A DNA stretch of 64,000 nucleotides from a bacterium (GTDB lineage Bacteria; UBA8248; JACPRG01; G963555815), in assembly GCA_965261595.1 (NCBI GenBank), contig CBDHDG010000007.1, positions 1,319,030 to 1,383,029 on the forward strand, written 5' to 3'. Positions 56,928 through 64,000 of the stretch are shown here, piece after piece; within the stretch, counting starts at the first letter, position 1, and each line of letters begins with the position of its first letter. Below the pieces are notes generated by a model that was not told the DNA's origin, ran no database searches, and worked only from the letters and a program-made list of their open reading frames with translations. A program made the position numbers and the translations under genes.

Positions 56928-59465
56928 TCACGGCGCGCTGCCCGCAGGGCCGGCTGTCGTGGCCTCCGGACCGTCGCCGTCGGCGATGCGGTCGATGGCC
57001 TGCTCGGTGGTGAGGCCTTCGGCCTTCAGCCGCTCGACCGCGGCGAAGGCCGGCCCGCGCGATGAATAGAGAGCTACCGACCAGGGGTCCAGGGCGAGCC
57101 GCGCCACGCGCCAGCCGTCCGGACCGTGCAGCACCAGCTCGGCATGGCGCCCGTCCACGGTGGCCAGGCTCTTGAGGGCCCGCTCCATGCCGGGATCGCA
57201 GTGGATGCGCTTTTCCTGTTTGAGGAGCTCGACGGACTCGTCCTTCTGGGCCAGGAAGATGGTCCAGTCGGCGTTGTCCCAGGCCGCCCGGGCCGCGGGG
57301 TTGGCGTAGTAGTCGTTGACGCTCTGGGTGCCGGTGACGAGCGCGCCCCGGTACTTGCGCGCCCGCCTGGCCGCGCCCTCGAGGAAGGCCCGGCTGTCCT
57401 CGCCCGACAGGAGGTCCCAGGCCTCGTCGATGACGATCGCCTTGGGCCGGGTTCTGGGGCCGTGATACATGCGCTGGGTGGCGAGGAAGACCACCAGCAT
57501 CAGCACCACGCCCTGGACGTCGCCCCGGCCCTTGAGCTCGGCGAGCTCGAACACGGTGAGCGCGGCGTCCAGGGCCGGGGTCTCCGATCCCTCGAAGAGC
57601 CGCCCGAGCGCGCCGCCCGGCCGCCACGGTCCGAGGGCGAGAGCCATGTCCGATGCCCGCCGGTCGCCCGCCGCCTCCAGCCGGCGCTGCACGGTCCCGA
57701 GGTCGGCGCCGTTGCCGGCCTCCTCCCAGGCGCGCGCGATGGCCTCGTCGATGAGCGCCGCCTCGATGTCGTCGATGCGCCCGCGCCTTCGGCACATGCG
57801 CCCGACCACGGCGGCCAGCATGGCAAAGCACTCCTCCCGGTAGTCCCCGTCCCGGGCCGCCACGTCCGCGTCGATCATGGCGAAGGGGTTGAGTCTCGCC
57901 GGGTCCTTGCCGAAGGCGATGAAGACGCCGCCGAGGGCCTCGGCCGTGTGCTGGAAGGAACGCCCGTCATCGATCACCACGGCCTCGCCGCCCGCGCCCG
58001 CGATGCCCGCGACCAGCTCCTGCATCAGGACCGACTTGCCCGACCCGGACTTGCCGGTCACGGCCACGTTGTAGTTGCCGGCCTCGTTGGCGAAGGGGGA
58101 CCAGCACGCGGGCTGGCCCCGCCTTCCGATCAGGAGCAGGGCCGGCGGCGCGTCGGGCGACGCTCCCTGGCCGCGCCACTCGCCGTGCACCGGCGCGAGA
58201 TTGACGGCCGAGGAGGTGAGCAGGGTCTTCATCCGGCCCATACGGGCGAGGTCGGCGTCGAGCCCGCCCGCCGGAACCATGGGCAGACAGGCGAGCCAGG
58301 CCGGCAGGTGGGCGTAGCGCTCCGCGCCCAGGCGCCAGCCCTGGCCGTGATAGATGGCCCGCACCGCCTGCTCGGCCTCGTCGATGGCGTCCAGGGGCGC
58401 GTAGACCGCGATCGTGTAGCAGGCCTTGACCAGCCGCTCGCCGTTCTTCAGCCGCTCGGTGACGAAGCGCCAGTCCCGGGCCTTCTCGGGCAGGCCCGGC
58501 AAATAGCGCGCGATCCCCGTGCCCGCCTGCTGCGTGGCCCGGGCCGACTTGAGGAAGGCGCGCTCGCCGGCGGCCGCGTCGCCCATCGTCACGGTGAGGG
58601 CGGTCAGGACCGGGGCGCCCGGCTGCAGGAAGTCCCGGTGGAAGTCTCCGATCAGCGCGTTGCCGCGCCAGCCGGGCCAGACGTCGGGGAAGGCCCGGGC
58701 CGAGAGCACGCGCACCGCCACGTCCGTCCCGTCCGGGTGAAGGAAGACCAGGCCCGTGGGCGCAACGGTCAGGGCCCGGCCCGGCGCCGCGCACTGAAGA
58801 TGAATGGGGTCTCTGGGCGACCAGCGCCTTTGCGGCCTGTCGAGCCCGCCGTCATGCTCTCCCGCCAGGTCGGGGGCCGTGATCTCCGCGGCGAGGGACA
58901 GCAGAACGTCCGGCTCGACCCGCCGCGCCTCGGCGCCGGCCGAGGCGAGCGTGCCTTCCAAGGCCCGCCGGAACCCCCCGAGGGCGGTCTCGGCCGCCGG
59001 TCCGGCCGGGCCCGCCAGGCAGGCCGCGAGGAACACCCGGCAGTCGTTCAGCGTGAACGGCGGTCCGCTCGCATGGAGGGGGCGCCATCCGGCATGGGCA
59101 AACAGGGCCCTGCGCCGCGCCGCCATCCCCGCCTGTACCCCGCCCGTCAGGCGCCGGGGTTCGGCCCAGCTCCGGATCGCCGCCCCGTAGCGCGGGCTCG
59201 TCCAATGGATGATCTGCACCACCGCGCGCTCGGGCGCGGCGTCGGCGAGCGTGCCGGCCAGCGCGCCCAGGGTCTCCTCGTCGATGCCCACGAAGGGCGG
59301 CAGCTCCAGCAGGAAGCCGCAGCTCGCGGCGTTGATATAGAGCTCGCTCCCTTCGTCCCAGGCCCGCCAGGGCAAGAGGCCGGCGAGGGGCGCCGGCAGG
59401 GCCGGAAGGATCCAGGGCTGAAGCGCGTCCGGTCCCCTGAGCAGGTCCTTGAGGCGCTCGATCAC
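56928..59465 (-). CDS. traC: TraC (VirB4-like ATPase)
   Basis: LPWR, NYNVAVTGKSGSGKS, IDDGRS, IDEAWDLL, RRARKY.G. Confidence 0.95.
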   Translation of the reverse strand: MIERLKDLLRGPDALQPWILPALPAPLAGLLPWRAWDEGSELYINAASCGFLLELPPFVGIDEETLGALAGTLADAAPERAVVQIIHWTSPRYGAAIRSWAEPRRLTGGVQAGMAARRRALFAHAGWRPLHASGPPFTLNDCRVFLAACLAGPAGPAAETALGGFRRALEGTLASAGAEARRVEPDVLLSLAAEITAPDLAGEHDGGLDRPQRRWSPRDPIHLQCAAPGRALTVAPTGLVFLHPDGTDVAVRVLSARAFPDVWPGWRGNALIGDFHRDFLQPGAPVLTALTVTMGDAAAGERAFLKSARATQQAGTGIARYLPGLPEKARDWRFVTERLKNGERLVKACYTIAVYAPLDAIDEAEQAVRAIYHGQGWRLGAERYAHLPAWLACLPMVPAGGLDADLARMGRMKTLLTSSAVNLAPVHGEWRGQGASPDAPPALLLIGRRGQPACWSPFANEAGNYNVAVTGKSGSGKSVLMQELVAGIAGAGGEAVVIDDGRSFQHTAEALGGVFIAFGKDPARLNPFAMIDADVAARDGDYREECFAMLAAVVGRMCRRRGRIDDIEAALIDEAIARAWEEAGNGADLGTVQRRLEAAGDRRASDMALALGPWRPGGALGRLFEGSETPALDAALTVFELAELKGRGDVQGVVLMLVVFLATQRMYHGPRTRPKAIVIDEAWDLLSGEDSRAFLEGAARRARKYRGALVTGTQSVNDYYANPAARAAWDNADWTIFLAQKDESVELLKQEKRIHCDPGMERALKSLATVDGRHAELVLHGPDGWRVARLALDPWSVALYSSRGPAFAAVERLKAEGLTTEQAIDRIADGDGPEATTAGPAGSAP

Positions 59466-60028
59466 GGCAGCCTCCAGCGCGCCGGCTCCAGCACCGCGCG
59501 CACCCAGTGGGCCTCGCGGTAGACCCCGTCGGCGTCCACGAAGGGCGCGATCCAGATCCGCGCGATGCTCTCTTTCGTGCGCAGGCGGTCATTGGCCTCA
59601 TCCGGGGATCCTTCGTCCGGCGAAACGGGTTCCGGTTCGGCAGGGGCCGCGGCGGTAGGAGGACGCCCTGTCTCCGTGGACTTCTCTGCGGTGCCGTCTC
59701 GGTCCCCGACGGTCCGGAACCACTTCGCGAGCCAGGCGAGCGGATCGCAGCCTTCGGCGCAGGATGTGCCGGTCCCTTTGGCATTACCGGTCTTGGATTG
59801 GTAGAGGGGTGTCCGGATCGCGAGCCCTTGCGCCTTGCCGGGGGCCGCGACCGCCGGATCGGCCTCCGCGACGCTCGTGCAGGCCGCGCCTTGGGCCAGG
59901 GGGCATTGCCAGGCGTCGCCCACGTGGGTCGCCGCGCAGCCGCCCAGGACCAGCGCCGCCGCGAGGATCGCGGGGATCACCGCCCGGCTTTGTCCGATTC
60001 GTGGATGAATCGTCGATTGCGCTCTCAT
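59462..60028 (-). CDS. traV: TraV lipoprotein
   Basis: LGGC lipobox, C...QG..C, LRT.E...RIWIAPFVD..G. Confidence 0.85.
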   Translation of the reverse strand: MRAQSTIHPRIGQSRAVIPAILAAALVLGGCAATHVGDAWQCPLAQGAACTSVAEADPAVAAPGKAQGLAIRTPLYQSKTGNAKGTGTSCAEGCDPLAWLAKWFRTVGDRDGTAEKSTETGRPPTAAAPAEPEPVSPDEGSPDEANDRLRTKESIARIWIAPFVDADGVYREAHWVRAVLEPARWRLP

Positions 60029-61280
60029 TGGCCTCCTCTCTTCCTGTCCTTGCGCCCGTCGAGCCAGGCGCCCTCGATGAACACCACCGTCACCCGCGTT
60101 CCCGTCTGGAGCTGGATCACCGGCTGGTACTGCTCGGCCCGGCGGATCAGGTAGTTCGGCCACCCTGCGGCCGGCCGAGCCCGCGCCCGCGCCAAGACCG
60201 GCCCGGCCGAGCTCGGCTAGGCTCGATACGTTCAAGGCTCCGTCCGAGGTTGTCCTGGCCGGGGCCTGAAGCAGGTTGGCGGCCGTTTCGCCCACGCCCG
60301 AGATGAGGCCCGCGAGGAACGCCTTCTCGATCAGGGCCCCCTCGCGGCTCACCACCGGGCCCCGAACGCCCACCTTGCCGCTCCCGGCCACGAAGCCCGC
60401 GACCTGCGTCTCGGTCACGGTTTCCGGATCCGGCCCGGCGCACGTCAGGGTCCGCAGCCGGACGTAGACCTTCTCCGAGGAGAGGTCCCCGTAGCCGGCG
60501 CCGGTCAGGGTGCACCCCGCCACGTCCACTTCGAGCGCTTCGCCGCCCTCGGCCGCGCTCCGGGCCGGACCGGTCAGCCGCAGGAGCACCGGGCGCGGCT
60601 CGCCCTGGGAGGCGACGCCCCGCCGAGGCGTCCGCGCCGGCCAGCACCACGGCGTCCGCATAGGACCCCGCCGGCAGCCAGGACCCCAGCGAACGGGGTC
60701 CCGGATCAGCGGCGTTCTTGTCCCCCGCCGGATCCGCATCATTCTCGAACTCCTGGATCATCGGTACGGCCGGTGCGGCATCCGAGGCCGCGGGGGCTCT
60801 CTTGCCGGGAGCAGGTTGGCTCGAAACCGCACGGGTAAAACCGTCCGTGCCCGGGGCGGTCCGGTCCTCCGGACCCGGTCCTGCCGTCCGGGCTTCGAGC
60901 CGGCCGCGCAGTTCCTCGATGGCCGCCGCCTGTTGGTCGATCACCGCCCGGCCGTCCTCGGCGCCGCGCGCGAGGCGCTCTCTGAGCTTGGCGTTCTCCT
61001 GCCCGGCCCGCCGGCTTCGCGTCTCCATGTCCCGGAGCCGCGTCTCCAGTTCGCCGATCCGCGCCTCCGAGCGGCGCACCCAGCTCACCTCCGCCGTCTC
61101 CGGACCGGCCAGCTTCGCCTCGATCCCGGTCGGCGGGGGCGAGCCTCCGCCTCCGCCCGCCGAGAACCACACCGCGAACACGATCAGCAATGCCGCGGCC
61201 ACGCCCGAGAAGAGCAGCACCTGTTGCTGACGGGTGCGCCGGGCCTCCGGATCCATGGGGACCTTGTCCGGGCCGCTCAT
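60025..61280 (-). CDS. traB: TraB (VirB10-like), with two +1 insertions (about 60620 and 60155)
   Basis: TM and coiled coil, LPAGS...AV.L.G.DA, GDLSSEKVY.R..TL.C, YLIRRAEQYQPVI spread over three frames. Confidence 0.88.
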
Positions 61281-62032
61281 GGCGCCGCCTCCGTGGAACG
61301 GGTCCGGAAGGCGTCATGTACGGCCACGACGAGCCGCCCGCCCGATGGGCCGGTCCCCGGCGCCGCCAGCCAGATCGCGGCCGCGCCCGGCGCGAGACGG
61401 CCCGCCAGGGCCTCGGCGCCGGCTCCCGCGCCGGGGCCCGCTTCCAGCACGCGGGCGGTGAACCGGGGCCCCCGCCAGATCTCGATGACTGAAAGACCTT
61501 CCTTGTAGAACGTTCCTGAAGGCGTCTCGATCGCGTAGCCCGGCAGGGTCTCGCGCCGCGCCACCGCCCGGACCAGCGCCACCAGCGCGCCCACGCGCCG
61601 ATCGCCCGGCCCTTGGACGTCCGTTTTGGTCAGTGCGGCCGCGTTGCGGATCAGGATCTGGGCCGAGCCGCGCGAGGCCACCGTCAACGCCAGCCGGTAG
61701 GTGAAGCCCGCGACGGTCCCGATGAAGAGCGTCACCGGCTCCCGGGGGGCGCCACGGGCAACGCGGACGCCGGTGAGGCCCGCGGGTCGCAGGTAAATGT
61801 CGCCGCGCGCAGGGTCGTGCTCGACCTGGAAGCCGTCCGGTCCGCGGATCACCCGCGCGATCCGGTCGTTCGCCAGGGCGATGCGGCTCACCGCACGGTC
61901 CGAGACCTCCGCTTCCAGCTCCGCGTGGTCCACGGCATCCAGGATCTGCATGGCCGAGGCCGGCATGCAGTGGAAAAGCGTTCCCAAAAGAAGCGCCGCC
62001 ACGGACACCCGGATTCTCGTCGCATGTTTCAT
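61277..62032 (-). CDS. traK: TraK (secretin-like)
   Basis: Signal peptide, S....SRI...DRI, G.IYL.P, GFTY.L.L; position in the operon. Confidence 0.8.
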   Translation of the reverse strand: MKHATRIRVSVAALLLGTLFHCMPASAMQILDAVDHAELEAEVSDRAVSRIALANDRIARVIRGPDGFQVEHDPARGDIYLRPAGLTGVRVARGAPREPVTLFIGTVAGFTYRLALTVASRGSAQILIRNAAALTKTDVQGPGDRRVGALVALVRAVARRETLPGYAIETPSGTFYKEGLSVIEIWRGPRFTARVLEAGPGAGAGAEALAGRLAPGAAAIWLAAPGTGPSGGRLVVAVHDAFRTRSTEAAP

Positions 62033-62586
62033 TCTCGGTCCTCCAGTTCTTCGAAACGCACCAGGCCGATCCGGCCGGCATCCACGCGGAAGGCCAGCCG
62101 GTACCGCTTGCGCTCGCGCGAGACCGGCTCACGCCCGATCCAGGTCGCGAGCTCTCCGGTCACCAGGACCGTCAACCTCTCCGCGTCCGCCTCGATGCGC
62201 TCGGGATAGAAGGCGGTCGCAAGGTCCCGCCGCGCCATGCGACCGGCCTCGGCCGCGACCCAGACCCCGATCGCGCCCCGGGCCGAGGCGTGGCTCAGCC
62301 GCGCCGCCGCCTCCCGCACGTGCGCCGCGTTCTCAGGCGTCAGCGTCAGCAGCGTCACCGCCACGGTCCGTCCCATGTCCTCCAGGTAGCGAAGCCCGGC
62401 CCGGCTGCTCCCGACCTCCCAGGCAGGCCCCGTGACCGCCGGGATCAGCACCGCCATGCGATCCACCGAGGCCAGACCGACGCTCAGGCCCAGATTGGCC
62501 AGGAGCGAGAGGCCCAGGAGCCCGGCCAGGGCCGCACGCCCGTCGCGCACCCGCCGCCGCTCCGCTTCCATGACGTCCCGTCTCAT
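62029..62586 (-). CDS. traE: TraE
   Basis: N-terminal TM, YLEDM....L.LTPEN, F.P..I, V.GEL..WIG. Confidence 0.85.
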   Translation of the reverse strand: MRRDVMEAERRRVRDGRAALAGLLGLSLLANLGLSVGLASVDRMAVLIPAVTGPAWEVGSSRAGLRYLEDMGRTVAVTLLTLTPENAAHVREAAARLSHASARGAIGVWVAAEAGRMARRDLATAFYPERIEADAERLTVLVTGELATWIGREPVSRERKRYRLAFRVDAGRIGLVRFEELEDRE

Positions 62587-62596
62587 CCAGGCCCCC

Positions 62597-62890
62597 TCAT
62601 CCGATGAAGCGGCGCACATGACTCGGGGGCGCGCCCTTGAGGCCCAGGGTGAAGCCGGGCAGGTACCAGTAGAGCGCGCAGATCGCCACATCCGCGCCGC
62701 CGCCCCGCTTGGCCCGGCGCAGCAAGGCCCAGGCACCGAGCCCGGCCACCAGCCCGGTCACGAAGGCGTTGGCGGCCAGCCCCAGGACCGCGGGCCCCAG
62801 GAGCGCCGCCGCCTCGTCCAGGGTCCAGAACAGCCAGCGCTCGGGATCGTCCAGACGCGAGGGGATCGCGTGCCGGGCCGGATCGCTCAT
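62597..62890 (-). CDS. traL: TraL
   Basis: IP..LDDP.R.LFWT.DE, YWYLP, PPS..R.FIG. Confidence 0.9.
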   Translation of the reverse strand: MSDPARHAIPSRLDDPERWLFWTLDEAAALLGPAVLGLAANAFVTGLVAGLGAWALLRRAKRGGGADVAICALYWYLPGFTLGLKGAPPSHVRRFIG

Positions 62891-62902
62891 CGTCCGCCCC
62901 CC

Positions 62903-63235
62903 TCATACGATCGCCGTGCCGACAAGGCCGGTGACGATGCCCGTGCCGGCCCCGGCCGCGATGCCCACGCCGACCGCGCCCATCAACTGCGTGGCGTTGA
63001 AGCGCAGCACCGAGCCGACCAGCGCGGCGCCCACCGCCAGCGCGGCCGCGAGCTGCCCGCCCGTGCCCGAGACGATGTCGGTCACCGTGCCGAGCGGACT
63101 CGAGAAGGTCGTGTCCGTCGAGGCCCAGGCCGTCTCCAGGCTAACCAGCGTCAACACGAGCGCCGGAGCCGCAACCCGATGCGCGCTGCCCACGACGGCT
63201 TTGAGGGCGTTCCTGGTAAAGGAAGGTGTTCTCAT
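62903..63235 (-). CDS. traA: Conjugative pilin TraA
   Basis: Long leader, AWA cleavage site, D.TF, two hydrophobic helices; upstream of traL. Confidence 0.7.
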   Translation of the reverse strand: MRTPSFTRNALKAVVGSAHRVAAPALVLTLVSLETAWASTDTTFSSPLGTVTDIVSGTGGQLAAALAVGAALVGSVLRFNATQLMGAVGVGIAAGAGTGIVTGLVGTAIV

Positions 63236-63993
63236 CGCGCCGTCCTCCGCCCGGCCTCGCCGTCGTCCGAGGTCGAGATCCGCCGCCGCGCCGAGGCCCA
63301 GGTCTCCAGATCGGCGAGCAGGTAGCGCACCCGGGACCCGAACCGGTGGAACACCGGTCCCGCGCCACTCACCCGGTAGCGGTCCAGCGTCCTCGGCGAG
63401 AGGCCCAGCCATGCGGCCGCCTCCCGTGTGCTCAGGTAATGCCTGCCGTTGTTGTCGTTCATGCGCGTGTCTCCTTCTCGTTCGAGGTCGGCCCCGGACC
63501 CGGCAGGCGGGACCGGAGCGGTGGATGGACCGGGCAGGATCGCCCCGGCGGATGGGTTCGCTGCGTCCGTCACCCCGGCGCGGATGGCTCGGGCCTCTTC
63601 CGCGCTGGCCTGGGCCGCCATCCAGGCGCGCACCCGATCGACCGTGGTCAGCCGCGGCGACACTCCCCGGCGCAGCCTTCCCATGAAGGACGGATTGCCG
63701 ACAGCCTCCAGGCCCAATACCGAGAGCTTGGTCCCGGTCACGGTCAGGAACGCCTCGACCTCGCGCCGGAACACAGGGCCCAGAGGCGGATGCCCCATGA
63801 AGACCAGGACCCGGTCCGCCGTCGCCAGCCGCACCGAGCGTCCCCGCATCTGGGAGGCCACGAAACCCGGGTCCCCGAGGGCCTCCAGGCCGAAGCGCCG
63901 GGCGCTCATGCCGTGGCGTACGCGCCAGGCCGCAACGGTCCGGCGCAGGCGCTCGTCGAAAGGCATATCGGAGGGGGTGCCGGGCGTTATCAT
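63232..63993 (-). CDS. Regulator: two tandem Cro-like repeats plus a C-terminal AlpA/excisionase-like HTH
   Basis: Repeats ..GLEALGDPGFV..RGRSVRLATADRV / ..GLEAVGNPSFM..RGVSPRLTTVDRV; YLSTREAAAWLGLSPRTLDRYR..G.GP. Confidence 0.75.
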   Translation of the reverse strand: MITPGTPSDMPFDERLRRTVAAWRVRHGMSARRFGLEALGDPGFVASQMRGRSVRLATADRVLVFMGHPPLGPVFRREVEAFLTVTGTKLSVLGLEAVGNPSFMGRLRRGVSPRLTTVDRVRAWMAAQASAEEARAIRAGVTDAANPSAGAILPGPSTAPVPPAGSGADLEREGDTRMNDNNGRHYLSTREAAAWLGLSPRTLDRYRVSGAGPVFHRFGSRVRYLLADLETWASARRRISTSDDGEAGRRTAR

Positions 63994-64000
63994 GTGTGAG

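Noticed and set aside
59462..60742. 426-aa TraB-TraV fusion ORF
   Set aside because: Artefact of the traB frameshifts; traV has its own start at 60028

Overview
Most of this window (about 7.0-64 kb) is a GC-rich conjugative element, either an ICE or a plasmid. It has an F-type T4SS operon on the minus strand (HTH regulator-traA-L-E-K-B-V-C-[HD-like]-trbI-trhF-traW-U-trbC-N-F-H-G), then the traD coupling protein and a MOBF (TrwC/TraI) relaxase. A clear MOBF oriT/nic site lies at about 24134-24155 on the minus strand. It defines a leading region at 7.3-23.9 kb (DUF2493, DUF4326, Toprim, SSB, DarB-like MTase-helicase, DUF2958, GHKL ATPase, ParB, PAPS-reductase-like protein) whose intergenic DNA is highly self-complementary. 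On the lagging side, an RHH gene is translationally coupled to a Druantia type III-like pair (DruH, DruE). A cargo hotspot follows, containing a relaxase 3' remnant, two miniature IS derivatives, and an OLD-family nuclease locus hit by two copies of one IS3 element. The first 7 kb is mobile-element debris: an HNH nuclease, a truncated integrase, a DUF4338 pseudogene, nested IS3 elements and a truncated RIT recombinase. The most striking unexplained signal is the element's ParB, which ends in a long acidic linker followed by LDIPEFLRRA, a near-copy of the FtsZ C-terminal divisome-binding peptide. All family assignments come from motif recognition by eye, not from database searches.
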